Below, piece after piece: positions 7,924 to 17,094 of a stretch of DNA of 47,973 bases. Within the stretch, counting starts at the first letter, position 1, and each line of letters starts with the position of its first letter. The DNA is from Limisphaerales bacterium. Lineage in GTDB: Bacteria > Verrucomicrobiota > Verrucomicrobiia > Limisphaerales > UBA11358. Under the pieces are notes generated by a model. The model saw nothing but the letters and a program-made list of their open reading frames with translations. It did not search any database and was not told where the DNA came from. The stretch covers positions 1-47,973 of the forward strand of contig JANOBC010000059.1 in NCBI GenBank assembly GCA_031411455.1. The letters run 5' to 3'. A program made the position numbers and the translations under genes.

Positions 7924-8949
7924 TCACCACTCGATTACCGCCGCGCCCCAAGTAAGGCCGGCTCCGAAGACAACGAGCAGAATCAGGTCGCCGCGCAAAA
8001 TTTTACCGGAGGAAACGGCTTCATCCAAGGCAATCGCCACGGACGCGGCGGAGGTGTTGCCGTATTTGTGCAGGTTGATAAAAAGCTGTTCCGGCGTGGT
8101 CTTGAGCCGTTCGCCGACGGCATCCACGATGCGCTGGTTGGCCTGATGCGGGATGACGCACTTGATTTTCGTGATGTCCACGTCGCAGCGGCGCATCGCT
8201 TCGTTCGCAGCAGAAACCATCGCGTTGACGGCGTTCTTGAAAGTTTCTTTGCCGTCCATCCGCAGGTAGTGCATCCCGGCAGAAACCGATTCTGCTGTGG
8301 CCGGACACGCGCTGCCGCCGCCGGGCATCGAGAGTAAATCAGCTTTGTTGCCATCCGCGCCCATCACGGCGGTAAGCAGGCCGTGCGAATTTTCGCGGTT
8401 CTGCAAAATGGCCGCGCCCGCGCCATCGCCGAACAGGACGCAGGTGTTGCGGTCTTTCCAGTTCACAATGGATGAAAGTTTTTCGGCGCCGACCACGAGA
8501 ACGGTTTCGTAAGTGCGCGACATGATGAACTGTTGGCCGATTTCCAACGCGTAAATGAAACCAGAGCAAGCCGCTTCCATGTCGAACGCAGCGGCGCGGT
8601 TTGCGCCGAGCTTGCGCTGCACGAGGCAGGCAGTCGAGGGAAACGGCATATCGGGCGTGAGCGTGGCAATGATAATGAGGTCAATCTGGTCGGCGGTGAC
8701 GCCAGCCATTTGCATCGCGCGCTCGGCGGCCTTCGCCGCGAGGTCGGAGGTAAATTCATTGGCCGCAGCGATGCGGCGCTCCTTGATGCCGGTGCGCGTG
8801 GTGATCCATTCGTCCGACGTCTCGACCATTTTTGACAGGTCGGCGTTCGTCAGAATTTTTTCCGGCACATAAGAACCGACGCCGGTGATGGAGCAGGAGC
8901 GGCCTTGAAAATTATGACTGGCGCGAGGATTGGTGAATGGGGCGCTCAT
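7924..8949 (-). CDS. fabH: beta-ketoacyl-ACP synthase III
   Basis: Catalytic triad contexts EAACSGFIYAL (Cys), PHQANQRI (His) and GNTSAASV (Asn). 4-nt overlap with the upstream plsX. Confidence 0.95.
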   Translation of the reverse strand: MSAPFTNPRASHNFQGRSCSITGVGSYVPEKILTNADLSKMVETSDEWITTRTGIKERRIAAANEFTSDLAAKAAERAMQMAGVTADQIDLIIIATLTPDMPFPSTACLVQRKLGANRAAAFDMEAACSGFIYALEIGQQFIMSRTYETVLVVGAEKLSSIVNWKDRNTCVLFGDGAGAAILQNRENSHGLLTAVMGADGNKADLLSMPGGGSACPATAESVSAGMHYLRMDGKETFKNAVNAMVSAANEAMRRCDVDITKIKCVIPHQANQRIVDAVGERLKTTPEQLFINLHKYGNTSAASVAIALDEAVSSGKILRGDLILLVVFGAGLTWGAAVIEW

Positions 8950-9992
8950 TTTTTTCCAGCACTGGCGGCGGTGGCCTCGAACGCGGCGAGCTTGAGGTTC
9001 GCCGCCGCAATTTCACGCGCGATGGTTTGATTGATTTGATTCTTCACCGTCTGGGCAGTCACGCGGATGGCGCTGGCTACGGCGCGGTCGCGCGCGGAAC
9101 CGTGCGCCTTGAGCACCACGCCATTGAAGCCCAGCATCGGCGCGCCGCCATAGACTTCGGGATCCATGCGCCTGCGGATGGCGTGAAAGGCATCCTTCGC
9201 GAGCATCGCACCGAACTGTCGCTTGGTGTTCTTCATCAACTCACGCTTAAGCATCGAGAACATCGCTATCGCCAAGCTCTCGACGGATTTCAAAACGATG
9301 TTGCCAACGAAGCCGTCGCACACGACGACATCCACATGATCCTTGAACAGGTCGTGGCCTTCGACGTTGCCGATGAAATTAATATCAAGCTGCTTGCAGA
9401 GTTGGAACGCCGCGAGGGAAAGTTCGTTGCCTTTGGAATCCTCCGTGCCAACGCTCAAGACGCCGACGCGGGGATTTTTGCGTTTCAAAACTTCGCGGGA
9501 ATAGATGCTGCCCATGACCGCGAATTGCGCGAGGTGAAATGGCTTGCACTCGACGTTCGCACCAGCATCCAGAAGGACAAACTCGTTATTCTGGCGCGGA
9601 ATCATCGTGGCGATGCAACCGCGTTCCACGCCCGCGATACGACCGACCTTGAAAGTTCCGGCGGCGAAGAGGCTGCCGGTATTGCCGAGCGAAACGAGCG
9701 CATCCGCCTTGCCGTCGGCCACCATTTCGGCGGCGCGAACCATAGAAGAATCCTTTTTCTTACGCAGGGCGATGATCGGCTTGTCGTCCATTTCCACGAC
9801 TTCAGAAGCGTGGACGACCTTGACGCGATGATCGCGAAAGCCGCGTTCGGGGAGCGCTGCATGGATGTCCACCGTGTTGCCGACGAGGTAGATGCGGGAG
9901 ATTTCCTTATTCTCCTGCAATGCCAGTTTCACACCCGCGATGACAACACCGCAGCCGTGATCCCCGCCCATGACATCCACTGCCAAACGCAT
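8946..9992 (-). CDS. plsX: phosphate acyltransferase PlsX
   Basis: N-terminal RLAVDVMGGDHG signature, 348 aa, in the classical rpmF-plsX-fabH order. Confidence 0.95.
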   Translation of the reverse strand: MRLAVDVMGGDHGCGVVIAGVKLALQENKEISRIYLVGNTVDIHAALPERGFRDHRVKVVHASEVVEMDDKPIIALRKKKDSSMVRAAEMVADGKADALVSLGNTGSLFAAGTFKVGRIAGVERGCIATMIPRQNNEFVLLDAGANVECKPFHLAQFAVMGSIYSREVLKRKNPRVGVLSVGTEDSKGNELSLAAFQLCKQLDINFIGNVEGHDLFKDHVDVVVCDGFVGNIVLKSVESLAIAMFSMLKRELMKNTKRQFGAMLAKDAFHAIRRRMDPEVYGGAPMLGFNGVVLKAHGSARDRAVASAIRVTAQTVKNQINQTIAREIAAANLKLAAFEATAASAGKK

Positions 9993-10002
9993 AGATGAAA
10001 TG

Positions 10003-10033
10003 AAAAGGCGCGAGAGCAGTCTCTCCCGCGCCT
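10003..10033 (-). terminator. stem-loop (attenuator or terminator) between rpmF and plsX
   Basis: ggcgcgagag ... ctctc(c)cgcgcc stem with one bulge. A short U-run follows on the minus strand (plus-strand gaaaa, 10002-10006). It is a weak terminator and may only attenuate. Confidence 0.4.
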
Positions 10034-10043
10034 CAACAAAAAA

Positions 10044-10232
10044 TTAAGCTCCCGCCGTGACGGTCAGCACCTGACGGCCCTTGTAGAAACCACAAGCCGG
10101 GCAAACCCGATGCGGCATGGCCGGGGCATCGCACTGCGAGCATTTGCCCAGTTGCGGAAGTTTGAGCACGCTGTTGTAAGCGCGGCGCATTTTCTGCCGG
10201 CTCGTCGAAGGTTTTCTTTTTGGAACGCCCAT
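10044..10232 (-). CDS. rpmF: 50S ribosomal protein L32
   Basis: MGVPKRKPSTSRQKMRR N-terminus and a Cys-knuckle (CSQC...CPACG). Confidence 0.95.
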   Translation of the reverse strand: MGVPKRKPSTSRQKMRRAYNSVLKLPQLGKCSQCDAPAMPHRVCPACGFYKGRQVLTVTAGA

Positions 10233-10244
10233 AAATTTATAAAA

Positions 10245-10718
10245 TTACAGTTTCAGTTTATCCAGTTCAGTCCACGGGGATGGCACTTTTTCTTCAATGC
10301 CAGCCTGCTGAACCTTGGTTTTGTTCTTCAATCCCGCACACTCCGGTTGACACAACGGATGTTGCGGAAATTCAAGCAGCATATCTTCGCGCACGAAGGG
10401 AGTCAAGTCCACGGAATCGTTCACAATGGACACCTTGTCCTCGCCTTCCAGCGGTAAATGCAGCACCCAGCCGGACATCTCCAGCTTGTAGGCGAACGAT
10501 TTTAGACAGCGGACACACTCGCAGTTCAGCACTAATTCCAGCGAACCAGTCACCAGCAGGCTGTCGTGCAACTGCTGGACTTCCAAATCGTAGCGCAAAG
10601 GCTTTTCCAGCCGGATCATCTCGTCCTGCACATCCAAATCCAGTTCGGCCACCGGCAGTTCGCCTTGCAGACAGATTTCATCGTCTTCCAGTTGGCGGAG
10701 GTTAAAAGAAAGGGACAT
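10245..10718 (-). CDS. yceD: YceD/DUF177 family protein (large-subunit rRNA accumulation protein)
   Basis: 157 aa, acidic, with CxRC...C..C motifs (CECVRCL; CQPEC). Conserved position directly upstream of rpmF. Confidence 0.85.
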   Translation of the reverse strand: MSLSFNLRQLEDDEICLQGELPVAELDLDVQDEMIRLEKPLRYDLEVQQLHDSLLVTGSLELVLNCECVRCLKSFAYKLEMSGWVLHLPLEGEDKVSIVNDSVDLTPFVREDMLLEFPQHPLCQPECAGLKNKTKVQQAGIEEKVPSPWTELDKLKL

Positions 10719-10719
10719 T

Positions 10720-11199
10720 TTAAGATTTTAATTTCTTCTTGAGCGCCGTCTGCACATTCGGCGGCACGAACTGGGTGACATCGCCACCGAGCCGCGCGAT
10801 CTCCTTCACGATGCGCGAACTCAAGAATGTGTAGGTGTCCTTCGGCATCATGAAAATCGTCTCGATGTTTTCATCCAGCTTCCGGTTCATCAGCGCGAGC
10901 TGGAATTCAAATTCAAAGTCCGAAACCGCGCGCAACCCGCGCACAATCGCCCGCGCTTTTTTTGCCGCGACGTATTCTACCAGCAGCCCGTCAAACGAAT
11001 CCGCCGTGACGTTTGGCAAATCCGCGACCGCTTTACTCACCAGCACCACGCGCTCGGCCTGCGTGAACAGCGGATGCTTGCCCTCGTTTTTGGCGACCGC
11101 CACGATGACGCGATCAAACAATTTCGCCGCGCGCTGCACCACGTCCAGATGGCCGTTGGTCATCGGGTCAAAACTGCCGGGATAGATGGCGATACGCAT
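10720..11199 (-). CDS. coaD: phosphopantetheine adenylyltransferase
   Basis: IAIYPGSFDPMTNGHLD (T/HxGH nucleotidyltransferase motif). The ORF track starts at TTG 11214; ATG at 11199 (MRIAIYPG) matches the family N-terminus. Confidence 0.95.
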   Translation of the reverse strand: MRIAIYPGSFDPMTNGHLDVVQRAAKLFDRVIVAVAKNEGKHPLFTQAERVVLVSKAVADLPNVTADSFDGLLVEYVAAKKARAIVRGLRAVSDFEFEFQLALMNRKLDENIETIFMMPKDTYTFLSSRIVKEIARLGGDVTQFVPPNVQTALKKKLKS

Positions 11200-11210
11200 A
11201 AAAACAGAAG

Positions 11211-11453
11211 TCAACCCTGCTGAATTTTTTCCGCGAGCAGGATTTTGATCAGGCTTTGATAAGGCACATGCTGCTTGTTGGCCATGATTTTAATCTTGGT
11301 CAGCATCGCGTCCGGCAACCGCAGCGAAATCGTCGTCGTGGACGGCTTCAAGTTGGGAAAGGACACCGCCTGCATCCGGCTCAAGTCCAAATGCGCCGTG
11401 CTGTCGGGGTGCGACACGGGGACAAACCTTTGTTTGGCTTCAGCTTTTTTCAT
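11211..11453 (-). CDS. brnA: BrnA-type antitoxin (ribbon-helix-helix)
   Basis: 80 aa. The C-terminal ISLRLPDAMLTKIKIMANKQHVPYQSLIKILLAEKI is typical of BrnA/CopG-like antitoxins. Its start overlaps the brnT stop by 14 nt. Confidence 0.75.
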   Translation of the reverse strand: MKKAEAKQRFVPVSHPDSTAHLDLSRMQAVSFPNLKPSTTTISLRLPDAMLTKIKIMANKQHVPYQSLIKILLAEKIQQG

Positions 11454-11736
11454 AAAAAATTCTTTCCTTCCGGCTCATCGGGCGCGCGGAAATAATCCGA
11501 ATCAGATGACCGCGCCCAGTGAATGTCACGGTCAACCGCCGCCCGACATCCGTCTGCCCAAACGCATGAAAACGCGGCTCAATTTGGGAGTGAGCCGGGT
11601 CAAACAAAACTTTCAAGGGCGTGTTGAGGAAAACCTGTTCGGCTTCGCTGCCGCTGACCGCGTGTTTATCCAGACTTTTAGCCTGATTGCCCGCATCCCA
11701 TTCAAAGCCGGTAAATTTGGCGGCATCCCATTCCAT
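11440..11736 (-). CDS. brnT: BrnT-type toxin (DUF497 ribonuclease)
   Basis: 98 aa. FEWDAGNQAKSLDKHAVSGSEAEQVF plus RIISARPMSRKE match the BrnT/DUF497 pattern (FEWD..K...N..KHGV.F.EA ... iISAR.a...E). Confidence 0.8.
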   Translation of the reverse strand: MEWDAAKFTGFEWDAGNQAKSLDKHAVSGSEAEQVFLNTPLKVLFDPAHSQIEPRFHAFGQTDVGRRLTVTFTGRGHLIRIISARPMSRKERIFYEKS

Positions 11737-11768
11737 TTGATTTTACTGTATGTGATGAAAACATACTG

Positions 11769-14048
11769 TCAAACGCTTTTCCCCGGCTGCTGCCACGGCA
11801 CTTCATAAATCCGCACGGCGTCCTTGATGCCTTTGACCGTCACCGGAAAAAGCTCCACACACGTCGAGGCCAGTTCCGGCGCGTGGCGCAACAGTTGAAA
11901 ATAAGTCAGGTCGCTGATGATGATGCGCCCGCTGCCGGAAACGCCTTCGAGCCGGCTCGCCAGATTCACTTCGCGCCCAAAAACCGTGTAGTTAAAACCG
12001 TGTGCGTCCGAACCCATCAGACCGACGGTCACAAGCCCGGTGTTGATGCCCGTGCCAAGTTGCAGGGCGGAGTGCAGCGGTTTCGGCGGCAACCCGGCGG
12101 CCACGCGTTCGCGGCTTTCCTTTTCGCGCGCCGGATTCTCTGCCTCGCGCCGCACGTTCAGTTCGTAAATCGCCCGTTGCGAATCAACCGCCGCGCGCAC
12201 GGCGGCTACGGCGTGTTTCTCGTTTTGCGTCGGCGCGTTCCAGAAGGCCATGACGCAATCACCGATGTATTTGTCCAGCGTGCCGTCGTGCCGCTTGATG
12301 GCCTCGGCCACGGTGGCGAGATACAAGTTCACGATCTCCAACGTCGCGCGCGCGGACTCCTCAAAATACTTTTCCGCGAGGGCGGGTTCGACCTCATTAT
12401 TGCGGATGTATTCGGCGACGGATTCCTGCATCTGGTCGGTCAAAACCGTGAAGCCTCGAATGTCGGCGAAAAATACCGTGACCTCGCGGTGCGCGCCGCC
12501 GAGGGAAAGTTTGTCTGCCTGCAACAGTTCGTGAACGATGTTCGGGGAAACCAGTTTCGTGAACAAAGATTTCACGCGGCGCTTGGCTGATTCTTCAAAC
12601 ACGACGAGGTGCACCAAAAGAATTCCGTGCAGCGTCAGCATCGCGCCGCCCAGCGGATAAATCACCGGCAGCCACCAGCGGAAATGCGTGAAGATAAAAA
12701 CTGCCGCGCCAAAATAAAACGCCATCAGCAGCCCGACCGCCACGCTCGCCGCCACGGCGCGCAGCTCCCAGGTGATGAGCGCGGTGAGCGCGCCGAGCAG
12801 AAGAATGAGCGCGATTTCCAACGTCAGCGGCGCACGGCGGATGAATTCATCCTTGATGACAGAATTGGCGACGTTCCAATGTTTGCTGACGAGGAGCGTG
12901 TTGCGTTCGAGCGGAGTCGCGCCCCGGTCAGTCAGGTCGTTGCCCTGCGCCGCCGAGCCGATGATGACCAGTTTGCCGCGAAAATCATGGCGCAAACCGT
13001 TCGTCTGGCCGAGCAACCGCAGTCTGTCTTGTGCCAGCAATGCTTCCACCGGCGCCCGCAGTAGGCGCGGGTCTTCCGGCGTGATCCGCCAGTCCACATA
13101 AAAAAATCCGGCCGCGTCCACCGGGATGACGCGCGTGATTCCGCCGACGCCATGCAAGGTGATTTTGCCGTGTGCCAAATCGGTTTCGGCGCGCGCCAAA
13201 TCCAGTTTCAACGCTTGCGCGGCGAGGACGATGCCCAGGTGCCAGATGCGCTGCCCGGTGAAAGCCTTGGCGCGCGGCGACATTCCGGGCGGCAACTGGC
13301 CGCCAAAATCTGCGATTTGAAAATTGTTTTCCACGTCCACAGCGACTTCAATGAGGTTCGTGGTGCCGGACTGCGGAATGAAAATTTTCCCCGGCTGAAG
13401 GATCGCGCGCTCCAAGTCTCCGCTAATTTCGGGTAGCAAGGAAAATTCCCGGATGATGGGATGCCAGCGGCGCACATCGCGAAAAGCGCGGACGCGGCGG
13501 AGAATTCCATCAGAGTCTTTTTCTGTCGAAATGTCGCCGAGCGCAAGCGCGTTCGTGGTGAACAAGTCTGGCGGCACCACTTCCGGTGTCTCGGCGAGCA
13601 GGACGTTGCCGGCTTGCCGCGTTTGCCAGGCGAAAAATTCATCCGACTCCACCATGCTGCCATCGGCCATCTGGACGTGCGGATGATCGTGGCGCAATTC
13701 GCCGAACAGCACATCGAAGGCGATGCTCTGGACGCCTTGCGCCACAAGCTCGCCGACGAGCCGCGCATAGACTTGCCGTTGCCAGTAGAGGCCGGAGTGG
13801 TAGCCAAGTTCCAGGCCGTTCATCTTGCCGCTGTTCACGGCGGCGATGCTGGAATCTTCCATCGCGACGAAAGCCAGATTGGTGGCGGCAGGCGCGGAAC
13901 TGTTTTGAGCGGCGCGAACGCGGAAGTCGTAGGTGATGTTTTCGAGCCGTTCGGGGAAGCCGGGATTCCAAAGGCGGACACCGCAGACGAGGGCGAGGAC
14001 GACGAGGGCGAGAAGGACAGGCGCGCGTTTGGGTCGCTTAATTTGCAC
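11769..14048 (-). CDS. CHASE2-domain sensor adenylate/guanylate cyclase (class III)
   Basis: N-terminal TM helix, ~350-aa extracytoplasmic domain, then three TM helices (CHASE2 topology). C-terminal cyclase motifs FFADIRGFT, GDCVMAFWNAP and YTVFGREVNLASRLE. GTG start at 14048. Confidence 0.9.
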   Translation of the reverse strand: MQIKRPKRAPVLLALVVLALVCGVRLWNPGFPERLENITYDFRVRAAQNSSAPAATNLAFVAMEDSSIAAVNSGKMNGLELGYHSGLYWQRQVYARLVGELVAQGVQSIAFDVLFGELRHDHPHVQMADGSMVESDEFFAWQTRQAGNVLLAETPEVVPPDLFTTNALALGDISTEKDSDGILRRVRAFRDVRRWHPIIREFSLLPEISGDLERAILQPGKIFIPQSGTTNLIEVAVDVENNFQIADFGGQLPPGMSPRAKAFTGQRIWHLGIVLAAQALKLDLARAETDLAHGKITLHGVGGITRVIPVDAAGFFYVDWRITPEDPRLLRAPVEALLAQDRLRLLGQTNGLRHDFRGKLVIIGSAAQGNDLTDRGATPLERNTLLVSKHWNVANSVIKDEFIRRAPLTLEIALILLLGALTALITWELRAVAASVAVGLLMAFYFGAAVFIFTHFRWWLPVIYPLGGAMLTLHGILLVHLVVFEESAKRRVKSLFTKLVSPNIVHELLQADKLSLGGAHREVTVFFADIRGFTVLTDQMQESVAEYIRNNEVEPALAEKYFEESARATLEIVNLYLATVAEAIKRHDGTLDKYIGDCVMAFWNAPTQNEKHAVAAVRAAVDSQRAIYELNVRREAENPAREKESRERVAAGLPPKPLHSALQLGTGINTGLVTVGLMGSDAHGFNYTVFGREVNLASRLEGVSGSGRIIISDLTYFQLLRHAPELASTCVELFPVTVKGIKDAVRIYEVPWQQPGKSV

Positions 14049-14061
14049 GTCGTTGGATTAA

Positions 14062-14097
14062 ACAAAAAACCAGCGCAACTCAAGGCTGCGCTGGTTT
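14062..14097 (-). terminator. Rho-independent terminator or attenuator between the FecR-like gene and the cyclase gene
   Basis: Perfect 10-bp stem aaccagcgca / tgcgctggtt (14068-14077 / 14087-14096). On the minus strand a U6 tract follows (plus-strand aaaaaa, 14064-14069). Confidence 0.6.
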
Positions 14098-14126
14098 CTG
14101 AAAATTTGTCTGGGGCAAAAATATTA

Positions 14127-15014
14127 CTACTGGTCGCCCTGACCGTTGCCACCACCACCATTGCCACCACCACCATTGCCTTGACCTTTGCCACCGCCAT
14201 GATGGCCGGAGGTGTTTGATACATGTTCGCCATTGTGGTCACGTTCAAAATCCACTTCGTGGAAGTAGGTCGTGCGGAGAGCGTCGAACACTTCTTCGAG
14301 AATGTTGCGCAATTGTGAGGAAATGACCGCCGGCTGGCCGGTGGACGGGTCAAGCAGTTGGCCGGGGGCAATCACGAAAGTTGATGTGGAACCGTTGGCT
14401 AGGGTCAGCGCGAGAATGACGCCGCCGCCGGTGCTTTCAAAACAGGCCACCGCGCCATCCGCGCTGATGCTGAACAGTGTGCCGCGCACACCAGCGACGC
14501 CGGTGGGGAGCTTTACGATGTATTGGCTCGCGCCGGAAAGCTTGCGGACGCTGGCGTAGATTTTACCTTTTTTTAAGTCGAGTTCCGTGTCGCTCACAGT
14601 GTCCGCGCCGGTGTCCACGATGGTTAGCTTGTCAATGGCGAGTGTGGAGTTGGGCGTAAGACGGATGGCGTTCTGGTCGGCGGAGGGACGATAGGTGACG
14701 AGGCCGCGGACGTGCGAATCGTGCGCGAGCGAGATGCGTTCCGGCGACCATTTAGCTTGCGGCAGGTCAATGGCCTTGCCCAAAACAAGGTCGGCCACGC
14801 CGTTGTCGTGCGTGAAGACAATCGAGCCTGGCGGCAGGAAGCGTCCGGCGACAAGGGGATGCTCGCCCTGCCCGGCTCCCAGCGAGTAAGTCACGTTGCC
14901 ATCCACCCGGACGGCGGTGGCGTAGCCCTGCTTGGTGGCCTGATTTTGCGCGGAGGCGGTGATGGCCAGCGCGGTGCAAAATAATGCGGCGAGAAGAATC
15001 TGGAAATGTTTCAT
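14127..15014 (-). CDS. secreted FecR-domain protein with Gly/Asn-rich C-terminal tail
   Basis: Signal peptide MKHFQILLAALFCTALAITASA. FecR-like beta region (AVRVDGNVTYSLGAG...GSIVFTHDNGVADLVLG). Tail GHHGGGKGQGNGGGGNGGGGNGQGDQ. Confidence 0.65.
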   Translation of the reverse strand: MKHFQILLAALFCTALAITASAQNQATKQGYATAVRVDGNVTYSLGAGQGEHPLVAGRFLPPGSIVFTHDNGVADLVLGKAIDLPQAKWSPERISLAHDSHVRGLVTYRPSADQNAIRLTPNSTLAIDKLTIVDTGADTVSDTELDLKKGKIYASVRKLSGASQYIVKLPTGVAGVRGTLFSISADGAVACFESTGGGVILALTLANGSTSTFVIAPGQLLDPSTGQPAVISSQLRNILEEVFDALRTTYFHEVDFERDHNGEHVSNTSGHHGGGKGQGNGGGGNGGGGNGQGDQ

Positions 15015-15090
15015 AAAAATCTGGTTTAACTTTTTTTCGACTGGTTCAAATATAGCTACCGGTGGAAAGAATTGTCAACCGGCATTTCCT

Positions 15091-17007
15091 TCAAAACCAC
15101 GCCGGCAATACGGTCTTGCCGGACGCCCGTTCAATGAGCTTTTGATCGCAAATCGCCTCATAATTGCGGGCAGTGGGGTTATCGCCAAACAGGCGGATGG
15201 AACGGTTAAAACACTGCCGGGCGGCGGAGTAATCACCAGTCTGCACATAATGCCAGCCCAGATTCGCGGTCAAATAATAGCTGTTGGGATCAAGCCCGGA
15301 CGCGGTCTGGAAAAAATGTTCTGCCGCTGCATGATCGCCCAGCCAGTCAAGACACATCCCGGTGCGCAAAAAGCCGTAACCATCGTGCCCGTTCAACGCC
15401 GAGGCGCGGGCATACCATGCCAGCGCCCGCTTCGTCAGTTCCTGGTAATTTTTCCCACCCTCCAACCCTTCCGTGCGGAAACATTCGCCGATGTCATAGG
15501 CGGTTTGAAAATTTTTGGGTTCGGCGGCAAAAGCCTGCTGCAACGCCGCCGCCCGCTCCGGTGAAAAATTTCCCATCCGTTCTGCCCGCGCCAGCCAGAA
15601 GGTCTCCCGCCCTTGCCGCCATTCGTTCACCAGCAGCACGAACACCACGCCGCCCAACGCCATGGCGAGCAGCCAACGCTCGCGGCTGAACACCCGCACC
15701 CAATACGTCTCCGTGGCAAAACGCAGGTTGCTGGACAGCAAAGCCAGCAACGTCACCGCGATCAGCGCGTTCGCCGGGATGTGCAGGTTGAAATCCATCA
15801 CCGAATGCACCGCCAACGCCACCAACCCCCCCGTCGCGCCGAGGAAAAAAGCGAAGCGATTGCTCTGCCCGCTCCCGAAATCATTTTCCTCGCGCCGGAC
15901 ATGCGGCCAGGTTTTCAGCAGGCCAAAAATAAAAATCCCCATTCCTGCCAGCACGATGACCCCACCCACCGCGCCCCAATCCGCCAGCAGGTTCAGGTAA
16001 TCGTTGTGGCAACGGTCTGGCCGCGCTTGCAAATCTGGCGGACGGTATTCGCGAAATCGGTAATCATAATGCGCCGGCCCGACCCCAAACCAGAAGTTGT
16101 CCCGCCACATCCGCTCCGCCGCGCCCCACATCATCAAGCGCGTATCCCAATCGTAAGCACCCTGCGGCGCATCCGCCGCCGTCTTCACCCGCTGCGTGAA
16201 CGACTGCGTCTTGGCCAGATACTGCGTCACAAAAATTCCTCCGCCCACCAGCAGCACCGCCAGCAAGACCGCCGCCCAACGCCGATGATTCTTGTGTCCC
16301 AGCAAAACCCCCAGCACAAATAAAATTCCTGCCACCGCCGCCACCCAGCCCGCCCGCGAAAACGTCGCCGTCAATCCCGCCAGCATCGCCACCACCGCGT
16401 AACCCATCAGGATGCGCGGCACGATCTTCAGCTTGCCCGCCAGCAGAAACGTCAGCGCCAGCGGCAAAATCATTTCCAGAAAACCCGCGAAATGATTCGG
16501 TGAAATGTAAGTCCCGCTCGCCCGCGCCTTGTTATCCGTGAACACATTCCACACCCGGTCCGAGTGCGACAGAAATTGCAGCGTCGCGTAGCCCGACATC
16601 AGCGTCGCCAAAACAATCAGCGTCCATACCACCGCCTCCGTCTCCTCCTGCCCGCGCAGATTGTTCAACACCACAAAAAAAACCGCCGCGAACATCAGCA
16701 CCTGTAGCACCTCCAGCCGTGCGACGTATTCGATGTCCGCCGTGAACCAGCGCAGCCCCGCATATCCCGCGAACGCCAGCACCACCCACGCCAGCGGCGG
16801 CCAGAGAATTTTCGGACGCCGGTTCGCCGCGACGTGCAGCCGCACACCCCACAAAACAAAAACCACCAGCGCCATCCCCTGCACAATGAGCAACGCCCAC
16901 GGCTCCACCGCCCCGAACGATAGCGGCGCAAACACCAGCATCGCCAGCAGGAGAAATAAAATCCCCCGCTCGCACCACCAGTCCAGATTTTTGGGCGTCA
17001 AAACCAT
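15091..17007 (-). CDS. O-antigen ligase/polymerase (Wzy_C-like) polytopic membrane protein with C-terminal TPR domain
   Basis: About 12 predicted TM helices followed by TPR-like repeats (AWYARASALNG..., YYLTANLGWHYVQTGDYSAARQCFNRSIRL). The track start at 17040 lies inside the intergenic repeat; ATG at 17007 (MVLTPKNLDWW) is preferred. Confidence 0.8.
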   Translation of the reverse strand: MVLTPKNLDWWCERGILFLLLAMLVFAPLSFGAVEPWALLIVQGMALVVFVLWGVRLHVAANRRPKILWPPLAWVVLAFAGYAGLRWFTADIEYVARLEVLQVLMFAAVFFVVLNNLRGQEETEAVVWTLIVLATLMSGYATLQFLSHSDRVWNVFTDNKARASGTYISPNHFAGFLEMILPLALTFLLAGKLKIVPRILMGYAVVAMLAGLTATFSRAGWVAAVAGILFVLGVLLGHKNHRRWAAVLLAVLLVGGGIFVTQYLAKTQSFTQRVKTAADAPQGAYDWDTRLMMWGAAERMWRDNFWFGVGPAHYDYRFREYRPPDLQARPDRCHNDYLNLLADWGAVGGVIVLAGMGIFIFGLLKTWPHVRREENDFGSGQSNRFAFFLGATGGLVALAVHSVMDFNLHIPANALIAVTLLALLSSNLRFATETYWVRVFSRERWLLAMALGGVVFVLLVNEWRQGRETFWLARAERMGNFSPERAAALQQAFAAEPKNFQTAYDIGECFRTEGLEGGKNYQELTKRALAWYARASALNGHDGYGFLRTGMCLDWLGDHAAAEHFFQTASGLDPNSYYLTANLGWHYVQTGDYSAARQCFNRSIRLFGDNPTARNYEAICDQKLIERASGKTVLPAWF

Positions 17008-17026
17008 TTCGGCTGGCGAATTTTTA

Positions 17027-17054
17027 CCACGGATGCACACGGATGCACACGGAT
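17027..17054. repeat. solo copy of the ACACGGA 10-nt-phased repeat element
   Basis: ccacggatgc acacggatgc acacggat is three units with exact 10-nt period. Same architecture as the arms at 5551-5643. It sits 20-47 nt upstream of the O-antigen-ligase ATG. Confidence 0.8.
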
Positions 17055-17094
17055 AAAAATGGCACGCTGAATTATTCGGTGAGCGGCTTCCCTT

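Noticed and set aside
14148-14177. 15-nt tandem duplication (gccaccaccaccatt x2) at the 3' end of the FecR-like gene.
   Set aside because: It simply encodes the GNGGGGNGGGG low-complexity tail. It is in frame (a multiple of 3) and is noted under the FecR/CHASE2 finding rather than as a separate element.
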